A DNA stretch of 64,000 nucleotides from Nitrospirota bacterium (GTDB taxonomy: Bacteria; Nitrospirota; Nitrospiria; 2-01-FULL-66-17), in contig JBMOMC010000002.1 in assembly GCA_049325335.1 (NCBI GenBank), positions 224,001 through 288,000 of the forward strand, given 5' to 3'. Positions within the stretch are counted from its first letter, which is position 1; every line of letters starts with the position of its first letter. A model generated the notes under the pieces. The model saw nothing but the letters and a program-made list of their open reading frames with translations. It searched no databases and was not told the DNA's origin. A program made the position numbers and the translations under genes. Of the stretch, positions 26,493-36,846 are shown piece after piece.

Positions 26493-28937
26493 TTGGTGAC
26501 GCGGGGGTTGTGGGGCCGGGCCCTAACAGCGCTCGCCCTGTCTGCGTGCACTTTGGCGGCGATGGGGACCGCGCACGGCGCGTCGGACGGTCCCGCCATT
26601 CTCTCCGTGGCCGTGCGCGGCGCCGCCAACATCGAGGCCTCGACCATTATCAGCCGCAGCACGTTGGCGGTGGGGGGATCGGCGGATGCCGCGGCCATTC
26701 GGGAGGCGATCAAAGCCGTCTACCGTATGGGGTATTTCGACGACGTGTCGATCGAACAAGAGCCCGGGCCCGACGGGGTGCACGTCATCATCGTCGTGAA
26801 TGAACGGGCCACGCTCACCGACATCCGGTACGAAGGGTATGACGAGGTCGGCGAAGAGAAGCTCAAGGAACAGGTCACGCTCACGCTGCACACCGCCGTG
26901 GACCTCCGCGCGGTCAACGCCGCGGCCGCCAAGATCGAGCAGTACTATCGGAGCGAAGGGTACGCGGACGCGCGGGTGATCCCGGTGACCAAAACCGTGT
27001 CGCCGGGGGCGGTGTCCGTCACCTTTTATATTGAAGAAGGCGCGCGTGCGAAGATCCGCGCCGTGGCGTTTGAGGGCAACGCCCGGGTCCGGACCAAACG
27101 ACTCCGGGAGGTGGTGACGACTAAATCCTATTTTTGGCTGACGTCGTGGATCACGAGTCGGGGCATCTTCAAGCAAGATGACCTGGAGCAGGACGCGGAG
27201 CGACTGCGGGATTTTTACCTGAACGAGGGGTATGTGCAGGCGCAGGTCGGCGCGCCGCGGATCACGCCGGATCCGCGCGGCAAGGGCGTGCGCGTGACGT
27301 TTCCGGTGGAAGAAGGCGAACGCTACACCGTGGCCCGCATCACCGTGTCCGGGCACACCGTGCTGACCACGTCGCAGGTGCGGGAGGGGTTGGCGCTGCG
27401 CGAGGGGGATATCTTCCGTCGCAACCTCCTGCGGCAGGACATGACGCTGCTCACGGATCGATACGGCGAGCGGGGGTACGCCTTTGTGGACATTCGCCCC
27501 CAGTTTACGCCGCGTCCCGAATCCCGATCCATCGATCTGACCTACGAGATCCGCGAGGGCCGTCCGGTCACGGTCCGCACCGTCACGGTGGAGGGCAACG
27601 AGAAGACGTACGACTGGGTGATCCGGCGCGAGCTGCGGGTGGCGGAACAGGAGTTGGTGAACACCAAGGCGCTCAAGCGGAGTTTTCAGCGCATCAACAA
27701 CCTCAATTTTTTTGAGAACGTCGAGATCTTGCCGAACCCGATCGGCGACGACCAGATGGACATCACGGTGCGCGTGAAGGAAAAGCCCACCGGGACGTTC
27801 AGTTTGGGCGGCGGGTACAGTTCGGTGGACCGGGTCGTGTACCAGGCCAACATCGAGCAGGGCAATTTGTTCGGACGCGGCCAGTTGTTGCGCGCGCGGA
27901 TGGAAAAAAGCAGCGCCACCACGTCCAATTATTCCATCACGTTTCGCGAGCCGTACCTGTTTGATCGGCCCTTGGCGGGGACCATTGATTTGTTCTCGAA
28001 CGAGCGACGGTACACCACCTACCGGGACGGCCGCACCGGATTTTCATTGGGCCTCAACCGCTGGTTCGGGGAATACGTCTCGGCGGGCGTGTCGTATACG
28101 CGCGAGGTCAATCATTTGTTCGACCTGACCACATACGACCCGACGCCGCCGTTTTGCCCAACGGGGTCGACGTGTCCGCCGGACCCGCCCACCGATACGG
28201 ACGTGACCGACAATTCTACGCCCAATGCTCCGCCTGCGATCGTCCAAGAGGCGGCGCGCGGCAAAGTCACGACCAGCAGCGTGGGCGTGTCGGTGGCACG
28301 CGATACCCGGGATTTTTCGTTTGATCCGCGTGAAGGGCAACGCCACGCCTTGTCGGTCGAATACGCCGGCGGGTTGTTCAAAGGGGACAATCGTTTTTAC
28401 CGCATCGTGTCCGATCACAGCGCGTTTTTTCCGATGTTCTGGAGCACGGTGTTTTCGCTGCACCTGCGGATCGGGTATCTGGGCGGACAACAGTATCCGT
28501 TTTCGGAGCGGTTCGTGGTGGGCGGGATCAACACGGTGCGCGGATTCGATTACGGAGCCGCCGGGCGGGTGGATCCGGCCACCGGGGAAATCTTCGGGGG
28601 CAATAAAGAATTGATCTTCAACGCAGAATACGTGTTTCCGCTGATTCCTGACGCCAAGATGAAGGGCGTGTTGTTCTTCGACGCGGGGCGATCATTCGAC
28701 GATCAGGGGCGATACGTGGACGCGGCGAAGACCACGGCGTTGGTGGGACCAGACGGGGTCCCCATGACCACGGGCGAGCGGTTGCGGATCAGCGATCTGC
28801 GCTACAGCGTGGGGTTCGGCATTCGGATGTTGCTGCCGATCGGGCCGATTCGCTTGGAATGGGGGTATAATCTCGATTCCCAGCCCGGCGAGAAGACCGG
28901 AGCGTTCCCCGAGTTTACGATCGGGTCGGTGTTTTAA
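26493..28937 (+). CDS. bamA: Outer membrane protein assembly factor BamA
   Basis: Signal peptide, five POTRA repeats, GNLFGRG, VRGF, terminal Phe; skp-lpxD synteny. Confidence 0.96.
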   Translation: MVTRGLWGRALTALALSACTLAAMGTAHGASDGPAILSVAVRGAANIEASTIISRSTLAVGGSADAAAIREAIKAVYRMGYFDDVSIEQEPGPDGVHVIIVVNERATLTDIRYEGYDEVGEEKLKEQVTLTLHTAVDLRAVNAAAAKIEQYYRSEGYADARVIPVTKTVSPGAVSVTFYIEEGARAKIRAVAFEGNARVRTKRLREVVTTKSYFWLTSWITSRGIFKQDDLEQDAERLRDFYLNEGYVQAQVGAPRITPDPRGKGVRVTFPVEEGERYTVARITVSGHTVLTTSQVREGLALREGDIFRRNLLRQDMTLLTDRYGERGYAFVDIRPQFTPRPESRSIDLTYEIREGRPVTVRTVTVEGNEKTYDWVIRRELRVAEQELVNTKALKRSFQRINNLNFFENVEILPNPIGDDQMDITVRVKEKPTGTFSLGGGYSSVDRVVYQANIEQGNLFGRGQLLRARMEKSSATTSNYSITFREPYLFDRPLAGTIDLFSNERRYTTYRDGRTGFSLGLNRWFGEYVSAGVSYTREVNHLFDLTTYDPTPPFCPTGSTCPPDPPTDTDVTDNSTPNAPPAIVQEAARGKVTTSSVGVSVARDTRDFSFDPREGQRHALSVEYAGGLFKGDNRFYRIVSDHSAFFPMFWSTVFSLHLRIGYLGGQQYPFSERFVVGGINTVRGFDYGAAGRVDPATGEIFGGNKELIFNAEYVFPLIPDAKMKGVLFFDAGRSFDDQGRYVDAAKTTALVGPDGVPMTTGERLRISDLRYSVGFGIRMLLPIGPIRLEWGYNLDSQPGEKTGAFPEFTIGSVF

Positions 28938-28951
28938 TTCAGGGAAGGAGG

Positions 28952-29518
28952 ATGGTGATGGCAGGACGGTCTGTCCGCGCCTTGTGCGCGTGGATGATGG
29001 GGCTGGCGGTCGTGTGCGGCGCGGCGGAACCCGCGTGGGCGCAGGCCAACGGCCTCAAGGTGGCGTATCTGGACACGCAACAGGTTTTTGATCAGTCCAA
29101 AGCCGGCAAGAAGGCCAAGGGCCTGCTGGAAGAGTACGTCAAGAGCCGGCAGAAGATCATTGACCTGGAAGAAGCGGAGATCAAGGAACTCGAGGACAAC
29201 TTGCTCAAACAAGAAAGCGTGTTGAGCCCGGAGGCCAAACGGGCCAAACAAGAAGACTTACAGCGCAAATTGCTCGCGTACCAGAAGAAGGCGACGGATC
29301 TCAATCGGGAGATCCAAGACAAGAAAGTCGACGTGCTCAAGGAGTTTCACGCGCAGTTGGAAGGCGTGGTCAAACGTGTCGCGGAGCGCGACGGGTACGC
29401 CATGATCTTCGACAAGGGCGGCAGCGGGCCGGCGGACATGGCGGCGGTGCTGTACGCCAAGGAGTCGCTGTCGATCACCGATAAGGTGTTGGCGGAGTTG
29501 GATAAGGACGCGAAATAG
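28952..29518 (+). CDS. skp: Skp/OmpH periplasmic chaperone
   Basis: Signal peptide, KVAYLD, coiled coil, ITDKVL; position after bamA. Confidence 0.92.
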   Translation: MVMAGRSVRALCAWMMGLAVVCGAAEPAWAQANGLKVAYLDTQQVFDQSKAGKKAKGLLEEYVKSRQKIIDLEEAEIKELEDNLLKQESVLSPEAKRAKQEDLQRKLLAYQKKATDLNREIQDKKVDVLKEFHAQLEGVVKRVAERDGYAMIFDKGGSGPADMAAVLYAKESLSITDKVLAELDKDAK

Positions 29519-29534
29519 CGGGCCGTCGTCACCC

Positions 29535-30665
29535 ATGACCTTCCCGCCGCGAACCACCACGCTCGCTGCGCTCGCCCAACATGTCGGGGGGGTGCTCAAG
29601 GGCGAAGATTGCGTGATCACCGGCGTCTCCGGCGTCCGCGAGGCCGAGCCCGGGCAGGTGACCTTCCTGGCCAACCTGAAGTACGCGCACGACTTGGCGC
29701 GCACGCGCGCTTCTGGCGTGGTGGTGGCGCCGGATCACCCGAGCGAAGGACTCGCGCGGATCGAAGTGGCCGACCCCTACCACGCGTTTTGCCGCATCGT
29801 GCGATGGTTCCACGATCGGCCCTACCGGAGCGGGGGCATCAGTCCGCACGCAGTGATTGCGCCCGACGCGGTGATCGGCGTGGAGCCCACCATTGGGGCG
29901 TTTGTCACCGTCGGTTCTCGCACTCGACTCGGCGATCGCGTCACGTTGCTGGCGGGCACGGTGGTGGGCGACGACGTTGTCATCGGGGACGACGCGCTGG
30001 TGCACCCCAACGTCACGATCCGCGACGGGTGCGCGATCGGCGCGCGCGTGATCCTGCAGAGCGGGGCGGTCATCGGGGGCGACGGATACGGGTTCGCCAC
30101 CCGCAACGGCCGCCACGAGAAAATTCCGCAAGTCGGGCGGGTGGTGATCGAGGATGACGTGGAACTGGGCGCGAACGTGTGCGTGGACCGGGCCGCGCTG
30201 GGCGCCACGGTCATCAAACGCGGGACTAAGGTCGATAACCTCGTCCATGTGGCCCATAATGTCGTGGTGGGCGAGGACAGTTTACTGGTTGCGCAGGTCG
30301 GGATTTCCGGCAGCACGGTGCTCGGCCGCAACGTCGTGCTGGCCGGACAAGTGGGCGTGACCGGTCACCTCACCATCGGCGATCGCGTGATGGTGGGCGC
30401 GCAGAGCGGGGTGATCGCGGACGTGGCCGCGGGGCAAACCGTGTCGGGCACGTACGCCATGCCGCACCCCACCTGGCTGCGCGTGCAGGCCGTGTTGCCC
30501 ACCCTGCCCGAGATGCGAAAGACGATCAAACAGTTGCAGGCGCGGATCGAAGCGCTCGAACAACGGACCAAGACGCCGTCGTCCGCGGCGAAGGCCACGC
30601 CCCGGTCGCGCGCCAAGGCCGTCGGCCGGTCCGCGCGGAACAAACGGTCGCCCAAGTCCGCGTAA
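29535..30665 (+). CDS. lpxD: UDP-3-O-acylglucosamine N-acyltransferase
   Basis: Hexapeptide repeats, [26 protein letters not shown]. Confidence 0.96.
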   Translation: MTFPPRTTTLAALAQHVGGVLKGEDCVITGVSGVREAEPGQVTFLANLKYAHDLARTRASGVVVAPDHPSEGLARIEVADPYHAFCRIVRWFHDRPYRSGGISPHAVIAPDAVIGVEPTIGAFVTVGSRTRLGDRVTLLAGTVVGDDVVIGDDALVHPNVTIRDGCAIGARVILQSGAVIGGDGYGFATRNGRHEKIPQVGRVVIEDDVELGANVCVDRAALGATVIKRGTKVDNLVHVAHNVVVGEDSLLVAQVGISGSTVLGRNVVLAGQVGVTGHLTIGDRVMVGAQSGVIADVAAGQTVSGTYAMPHPTWLRVQAVLPTLPEMRKTIKQLQARIEALEQRTKTPSSAAKATPRSRAKAVGRSARNKRSPKSA

Positions 30666-30703
30666 CTCGCCGGGTGTTCCGAGCCCCGTCGTGAAGGAGA
30701 ACG

Positions 30704-31141
30704 ATGTTGGAAGCCGATGACATCATGAAACGCCTGCCTCACCGGTATCCGTTCCTGTTGGTGGATCGGGTCCTGTCGGTCGAGGAGAAGAAGGCGGTCG
30801 CGATCAAGAACGTGACGATCAACGAACCGTTTTTTCAGGGCCACTTTCCGGGCCGGCCCATCATGCCGGGCGTGCTGATTCTGGAGGCCTTGGCGCAGGT
30901 CGGCGGGATCTTGGCGTTTCAGACCGCCAAGGACGCGGAGAATCACCTCGTGATCTTCTTGGCCATTGATAACGCCAAGTTCCGAAAACCCGTGGGGCCC
31001 GGCGACCAATTGCGCATGGAGGTGTCGTTGTTGCAGCGGCGCGATCCCTACTGGCGGCTGCGCGGCGAGGCGTACGTCGGCGAGGTCCTGGTCTGCGAAA
31101 TGGAGTTTAAAGCCATGGTCGCGCCCAAGGACGCGGCATGA
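30704..31141 (+). CDS. fabZ: 3-hydroxyacyl-ACP dehydratase
   Basis: [29 protein letters not shown]. Confidence 0.97.
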   Translation: MLEADDIMKRLPHRYPFLLVDRVLSVEEKKAVAIKNVTINEPFFQGHFPGRPIMPGVLILEALAQVGGILAFQTAKDAENHLVIFLAIDNAKFRKPVGPGDQLRMEVSLLQRRDPYWRLRGEAYVGEVLVCEMEFKAMVAPKDAA

Positions 31142-31911
31142 GCCGGCACCCGACCGCGATCATCCATCCCGGCGCCAAGCTGGCCGAGGACGTCGCCGTG
31201 GGGCCGTACGCGGTGATCGGCGAACACGTGACCGTCGGCGCCGGCACCCAAATCGGCGCGCACTGCGTGATCGAGGGGTGGACCGAGATCGGCGAGGCGT
31301 GCGTGTTTTCGCATTTCGTCTCCGCCGGGACTCCGCCGCAGGACCTGAAGTTCGGCGGGGAAGAGAGTCGCCTGATCATCGGGCACCACAATACCTTCCG
31401 GGAGTTCGTGACCCTGAACCGGGGCACGCACCACGGCGGCGGCGTGACCCGCATCGGGAATCACACCTTTTTGATGGCCTACGTGCACGTGGCGCACGAT
31501 TGCACGGTGGGCGACCACGTCATCATGGCCAATGCCGCGACCTTGGCCGGTCACATCGCGGTTGGGGACCATGCCGTGTTGGGCGGACTGACCGGAGTGC
31601 ACCAATTCACGCGGATCGGCGCGTACGCCATGATCGGCGGCTGTTCCGCGATCGCGCAAGACGTGCCGCCGTTCGTGTCCGCCACCGGTAACCGCGCAAA
31701 GCTGTTTGGGTTGAATCTCGTCGGCTTGAAGCGCAACGGGTTTTCCGAGGAGCGCATCGCGGCGCTGAAAAAAGCCTATCGCACCCTGTTCAACGCCCAT
31801 CTGTCGATGAAAGATGCGCTCGTGAAGGCGCGGGAGGAATCGAAAGGGCAACCGGACGTCGAGACGCTCGTACGGTTTGTCGAGACGTCGGAGCGCGGCA
31901 TCAGCCGGTAG
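31138..31911 (+). CDS. lpxA: Acyl-ACP--UDP-GlcNAc acyltransferase
   Basis: [27 protein letters not shown]. Confidence 0.96.
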   Translation: MSRHPTAIIHPGAKLAEDVAVGPYAVIGEHVTVGAGTQIGAHCVIEGWTEIGEACVFSHFVSAGTPPQDLKFGGEESRLIIGHHNTFREFVTLNRGTHHGGGVTRIGNHTFLMAYVHVAHDCTVGDHVIMANAATLAGHIAVGDHAVLGGLTGVHQFTRIGAYAMIGGCSAIAQDVPPFVSATGNRAKLFGLNLVGLKRNGFSEERIAALKKAYRTLFNAHLSMKDALVKAREESKGQPDVETLVRFVETSERGISR

Positions 31912-31937
31912 GGGAAGCTCCGAAGCTCTGGGTTGAT

Positions 31938-32106
31938 AAGCCCGTTCAGGAATCGGCCAGATGCCCCCTACGGGGACTTCCGGCAGTAGATTTTTTGGCG
32001 GTGGGTCGCAAGGCGCCGCGAGCACCGGAGCGGAGCGTACTGTGTGCATACGTGAGCACCGGATGCGCAGCGGCAACGCCGCAGATGGCCGTTCATGGAC
32101 GGGCTC
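31938..32106 (-). mobile_element. MITE-like hairpin element, copy 1 (carries a 45-bp internal insertion)
   Basis: Reverse complement aligns end to end with 41693-41818; termini GAGCCCGTCCATGAA...TTCCTGAACGGGCT. Confidence 0.75.
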
Positions 32107-32115
32107 TGACGAACG

Positions 32116-32934
32116 ATGAAGAAACTTGGACTGATTGCCGGCAACGGCCGCTTCCCCGTGCTGTTCGCGGACGCCGCCAAGGAGGCGGGGTTCGCGGTCA
32201 CGGCCGTGGCGCACCGCGGGGAGACGCCTGATGCGCTCGATCAGCACGTGGACGACGTGCGATGGATCAAGGTCGGGCAACTCGGCCACTTGATCGATCA
32301 CTTCAAGTCCGCCGGGGTGGATACGGTGGTGATGGCGGGCGGCATTCAGAAGACTCGGATGTTCACCGAATACCGTCCGGATTGGCGCGCGGTGAAGGTG
32401 CTCGCGCGGGTGCGGCACTTCAAGGATGACGTGCTGCTGCGGGCGTTGGCCGATGAGCTGGAATCCGAAGGCATCACGGTGGGTGATGCCGCGCGGTACC
32501 TGCCCAGTTTGATCGCGGAGCCCGGGGTGTTGACCGCGAATCCCTCGAAGGAACAGTGGGAGGACATCCGGTTCGGCGTGGAGATGGTCCGCGCCATCGG
32601 CCGCATCGAAATCGGACAGTGCGTGGTGGTGAAAAACCGCACCGTGTTGGCGGTGGAGGCGATCGAGGGTACGGACGAAGCGATTCGCCGCGGCGGCCGG
32701 TTGGCGAACGGCGGCGCGGTGGTGGTCAAGATGGCCAAGCCCCAGCAGGACCTGCGGTTCGACATCCCGGCGGTGGGACCGACCACGATCGCGTCGATGC
32801 GCGAGGTCGGCGCCGCGGTGCTCGCGGTGGAGGCCGGCAAAACGCTGATGCTGGACAAGGCCGACCTGCTGGCCGCGGCGCGGGACGCGAAAATCGCGGT
32901 GGTCGGAATCACGGGGGATGAACGCCATGGGTAA
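32116..32934 (+). CDS. lpxI: UDP-2,3-diacylglucosamine pyrophosphatase LpxI
   Basis: LGLIAGNGRFP, IGQCVVV, AVEAIEGTD, KPQQDLRFDIPAVG. Confidence 0.95.
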   Translation: MKKLGLIAGNGRFPVLFADAAKEAGFAVTAVAHRGETPDALDQHVDDVRWIKVGQLGHLIDHFKSAGVDTVVMAGGIQKTRMFTEYRPDWRAVKVLARVRHFKDDVLLRALADELESEGITVGDAARYLPSLIAEPGVLTANPSKEQWEDIRFGVEMVRAIGRIEIGQCVVVKNRTVLAVEAIEGTDEAIRRGGRLANGGAVVVKMAKPQQDLRFDIPAVGPTTIASMREVGAAVLAVEAGKTLMLDKADLLAAARDAKIAVVGITGDERHG

Positions 32935-33868
32935 GCGGATCAAGGTCGGCGTGATCGGGGTGGGGTATCTGGGCCGCCACCACGCCCGGTTGTACGCGGA
33001 GTTGCCCGGCGCGGAATTGATCGGGGTGGCGGATACCGACGCGGCGCGCGCGGCCGAGATCGCGGCCGCGTCCGGCGCCCGCGCGTTCACGGATTACCGC
33101 GAGTTGCTCCCGCTGGTGGAGGCCGTGAGCGTGGTGGTGCCCACAAGCCTGCACTACGCGGTGACCGCGGACTGTCTGGCCGCGGGGCTGGACGTGTTGC
33201 TGGAAAAACCTATGACCGTGACGCTCGACGAAGCCGACCGGTTGATCGCGCTCGCGGATTCCGGACAACGGCTGATCCAGATCGGCCACCTCGAGCGGTT
33301 CAACGGCGCGGTGCGCGCGGTCGGGTCGCGGTTGGTCTCGCCGCGGTTCATCGAGTCGCACCGGTTGGGGCCATTCGTAGGCCGGGGCACGGACGTGCAT
33401 GTGATCCTCGATTTGATGATCCACGATCTGGATATTATTTTGAGCCTGGTCCGGTCGCCGATCGCGGAGATCCGGGCCGTGGGCGTGCCGGTGCTCACGT
33501 CCAACATCGACATCGCGAACTGCCGGTTAGAGTTCGTGGACGGGTGCGTGGCCAACGTGACGGCGAGCCGGGTGTCGAAAGAGGCGATGCGCAAACTCCG
33601 GATCTTCCAGCCCGACGCGTATTTCTCGCTCGATTACCAGAAACAGGAGGTGGTAATGGCGCGGCGGCTGGACGGGCCCTCGGCGTCCGGGTTGCCGGGT
33701 ATCGACGTGCAAACCTTGGCGATCGAAAAAGAAGAGCCGCTCAAGGCGCAACTCGCCGCGTTCCTCGAGTGCATCGCCACCAGGCGGGCGCCGTTGGTGT
33801 CCGGGCGCGAAGGGCGCGAAGCCCTGCGCGTGGCGCTGGACGTGCTCAAATGTATCGAAGGTCGCTAA
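32927..33868 (+). CDS. Gfo/Idh/MocA oxidoreductase, probable UDP-GlcNAc 3-dehydrogenase (GnnA-like)
   Basis: GVGYLG, LEKP, GHLERFN, DLMIHDLD; lies between lpxA/lpxI and lpxB. Start 32918 or 32927. Confidence 0.85.
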   Translation: MGKRIKVGVIGVGYLGRHHARLYAELPGAELIGVADTDAARAAEIAAASGARAFTDYRELLPLVEAVSVVVPTSLHYAVTADCLAAGLDVLLEKPMTVTLDEADRLIALADSGQRLIQIGHLERFNGAVRAVGSRLVSPRFIESHRLGPFVGRGTDVHVILDLMIHDLDIILSLVRSPIAEIRAVGVPVLTSNIDIANCRLEFVDGCVANVTASRVSKEAMRKLRIFQPDAYFSLDYQKQEVVMARRLDGPSASGLPGIDVQTLAIEKEEPLKAQLAAFLECIATRRAPLVSGREGREALRVALDVLKCIEGR

Positions 33869-33931
33869 CCGGTCCGCCGGTCGGCCAGTTCGTCGCGATT
33901 GCTCATGGCCGGCGCATCCGCTAAGGAGTCG

Positions 33932-35086
33932 ATGTCGCGTCTTTTCATCATCGCCGGGGAAGCCTCCGGAGACGGGCATGGTGGGAAATTGGCCGAGGCT
34001 CTGCTGGCCCGCGATTCGACGCTGGTGTTGGAGGGTATCGGCGGCGCGGCGATGGAGAAGGCCGGCGTGCGGTTGTCGCACGACATTCGCCATCTCGGGG
34101 TGGTGGGCGTGATCGAGGTGTTGTCGCAGTGGCGCGCGATTTGGCGCGCGTACGACGGCGTGCGCCGCCGCCTGCGCGAGTCGCCGCCCGCCGCGATCGT
34201 CCTTATCGACTATCCCGACTTCAATCTGCGGGTCGCGCGCGAAGCCGCCCGCCTCGGCATCCCCGTGGTGTATTACGTCAGTCCGCAGATCTGGGCGTGG
34301 CGTCCGGGGCGGATCGCGCACATCAAGGCGTGCGTGGACCTGATGTTGGTGTTGTTTCGTTTCGAGGAGGAGTTGTACCGGCGCGCGGGCGTGCCGTGCC
34401 GCTGGGTCGGGCACCCCTTGCTCGACGATCCGTCGCCGGAGGCTGACCACGCGGCCTTCGCGCGGCGGCACCGCATTGCGGACGGCCGGCGTGTGTTGGC
34501 CGTGTTGCCGGGCAGTCGCAAGCAGGAAGTGGCGATGTTGTTGCCCGTGATGCTGGACGCCGCGCGGCGTGTATGCGCGTCCGGGGCGGCTGATCGCGTG
34601 TTGATCGCGGCCGCGCCATCGGTGGACGCGCGGGCGATCGACGACGCGGTCTCCCGCATGGGCGATGCGGCGTCGGCGGTGACCGTGGTGCGGGGCGAGG
34701 CCGCGTCCGTGTTGCGGGCCTCGCGCGCGGCGTTGGTCGCGTCGGGGACCGCGACGTTGCAGGCGGCCGTGGTCGGCACGCCGTTGGTGATGGCCTACCG
34801 CGTCTCCCCGCTCACCGCGTGGATCGGTCGCCGCCTGATCAGCACGCCCCATCTGGCGTTGGTCAACGTGGTGGCGGGGCGCCGGGTGGTGACGGAACTG
34901 GTGCAGGAGCAGGCGACGGCCGAAGTGCTCGCGGCCGCGATCGCGCCGCTGTTGGCCGATGATCGCGCGAACGAGGCGATGCGCCGGGAGTTGGCCGCGG
35001 TACGCGCCGCGTTGGGAGAGCCCGGGGCCTCGGGTCGCGCGGCCGATGCGGTGCTGGCCCTGTTGGCCGGGAGGCGCGCGGTATGA
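33932..35086 (+). CDS. lpxB: Lipid-A-disaccharide synthase
   Basis: AGEASGD, IDYPDFN, SPQIWAWR, VGHPL, LPGSR, SGTATL; AAGGAG RBS. Confidence 0.96.
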   Translation: MSRLFIIAGEASGDGHGGKLAEALLARDSTLVLEGIGGAAMEKAGVRLSHDIRHLGVVGVIEVLSQWRAIWRAYDGVRRRLRESPPAAIVLIDYPDFNLRVAREAARLGIPVVYYVSPQIWAWRPGRIAHIKACVDLMLVLFRFEEELYRRAGVPCRWVGHPLLDDPSPEADHAAFARRHRIADGRRVLAVLPGSRKQEVAMLLPVMLDAARRVCASGAADRVLIAAAPSVDARAIDDAVSRMGDAASAVTVVRGEAASVLRASRAALVASGTATLQAAVVGTPLVMAYRVSPLTAWIGRRLISTPHLALVNVVAGRRVVTELVQEQATAEVLAAAIAPLLADDRANEAMRRELAAVRAALGEPGASGRAADAVLALLAGRRAV

Positions 35087-36846
35087 ACAAGCCGACGGGG
35101 GCGGGGAGCGTGTACGCGCGGGTGTGGCGGCTCATCGCGCCGCAGTGGCGCCGCGTGGCGGTCGCCGGGCTGTGCGCCGCGGGCGTGTCCGGGCTGACCG
35201 CGGCGAACCTCTGGTTGGTCCAGAAGGTGTTGGACCGGATCTTTATCGATAAACTGAGCGACTGGCTCCTCCCGTTGGCGATCGCCATCCCCGTGATCGC
35301 GCTGACCAAACGAGTGCTCCAGTTGGGGTACGTCTATCTGATGGGCTACACCGCCAACCGCGTGGTCGCGGATATTCGCGACGCGTTGTACCGGCACATC
35401 CTCAAATTGTCCATGGGGTTTCACGGCGCACGGTCCACCGGCGCGTTGATGTCGAACGTGACCAGCGACGTGGGACAGATGCAGCGGGCGGTGAGCGTGG
35501 TCAAAGAGCTCATTCAACAACCGCTCACCTTGGCGGCGATGATCGGCTTCATCGTGTACCAGAACTGGCGGTTGGCGCTGATGGCGCTCATCGTCCTGCC
35601 AGTCGGGTATTACCCCTTGCTCCGATTGGGACGGCGGCTCAAGCGGTTGGCGCACGACGGCCAAACCCGCATGGCCGAACTGTCGGCCATGCTCCAGGAG
35701 ACGTTCGCGGGGATTTCGGTGGTCAAGGGATTCGGCCGCGAGGAATTCGAGGCCGAACGTGTGCGACGGATCAACCAGCGCTACTTTCAGAACGCGATGA
35801 AGGTGACGATCGTGTCGGAATTTTCCCCCGCGCTCATGGAGGTGCTGGGCGCGGTGGGCGCGGGCGCGGTGGTGGCCTACGGCGGGTACGCGGTCATCTC
35901 CGGCGCCATGACCACCGGGGCGTTTTTCTCGTTTCTGGGCGCGTGTTGGCTGACGTACGCGCCGGTGCGGGCGCTGTCGGCCGCGAACAACGCGCTCCTG
36001 ACGGCCGCGGCCTCGGCCGAGCGCATTTTCGCCCTGTTGGACTTGGAGACCGAAGAGCGGCGGGACCGGGGCACGCGCGAGTTTGACGCGGTGCGCGATC
36101 GCGTCGAGTATCGCGGTGTGGGATTTACCTACGACGGCGCCGAACGCCCGGCGCTCACCGACGTGACGTTGACGGCGCGGGCCGGCGACGTGATCGCGAT
36201 CGTGGGGGCGAGCGGCGCGGGCAAAACGACCTTGATCAATCTCTTGCCGCGGTTCATCGAACCGACCCAGGGCGCGATCGTGATCGACGGAGTGGACGCG
36301 CGTGACATTCGGCTGGCGTCCTTGCGCGCCCGCATCGGCATCGTGAGTCAGGACGTGATTTTGTTCGACGACACGGTCCGCAACAATATCGCGTACGGGA
36401 TGAGCGAGATTGATGACGCGGCGGTGCGCCGCGCCGCAGAGGCCGCGTTCGCGCACGGGTTCATTCAGCGTCTGCCGGCGGGCTACGACACGGTGATCGG
36501 GGAGCGCGGCGTTACGTTGTCGGGCGGCGAACGCCAACGCCTCGCGATCGCGCGCGCGCTTCTTAAAGACCCGCCGATCCTGATTCTGGATGAAGCGACG
36601 TCGGCGCTCGATTCCGAGTCCGAAGCCGCGGTTCAGCAGGCCTTGGCGAATTTGATGGCGCATCGCACCACGTTCGTGATCGCGCACCGGCTCTCCACGG
36701 TGCAGCGCGCCACACGGATCATCGTGCTGGACGGCGGGCGCGTCGTGGAAGCGGGCACGCACGAGAGCTTGTTGGCCAACCAAGGCGCGTACGCCAGGCT
36801 GCACCGGATGCACTTCGACGCGGAGGCCGGGTATGTCGGCTCGTGA
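35083..36846 (+). CDS. msbA: Lipid A ABC exporter MsbA
   Basis: TMD plus NBD (GASGAGKT, LSGGERQR, LDEATSALD) in the lipid A operon. Confidence 0.9.
   Translation: MNKPTGAGSVYARVWRLIAPQWRRVAVAGLCAAGVSGLTAANLWLVQKVLDRIFIDKLSDWLLPLAIAIPVIALTKRVLQLGYVYLMGYTANRVVADIRDALYRHILKLSMGFHGARSTGALMSNVTSDVGQMQRAVSVVKELIQQPLTLAAMIGFIVYQNWRLALMALIVLPVGYYPLLRLGRRLKRLAHDGQTRMAELSAMLQETFAGISVVKGFGREEFEAERVRRINQRYFQNAMKVTIVSEFSPALMEVLGAVGAGAVVAYGGYAVISGAMTTGAFFSFLGACWLTYAPVRALSAANNALLTAAASAERIFALLDLETEERRDRGTREFDAVRDRVEYRGVGFTYDGAERPALTDVTLTARAGDVIAIVGASGAGKTTLINLLPRFIEPTQGAIVIDGVDARDIRLASLRARIGIVSQDVILFDDTVRNNIAYGMSEIDDAAVRRAAEAAFAHGFIQRLPAGYDTVIGERGVTLSGGERQRLAIARALLKDPPILILDEATSALDSESEAAVQQALANLMAHRTTFVIAHRLSTVQRATRIIVLDGGRVVEAGTHESLLANQGAYARLHRMHFDAEAGYVGS

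Noticed and set aside
26142..26495. Read-through fusion of the 103-aa ORF into bamA (same frame, single TAG)
   Set aside because: BamA has its own signal peptide after the stop, and there is no recoding signal.
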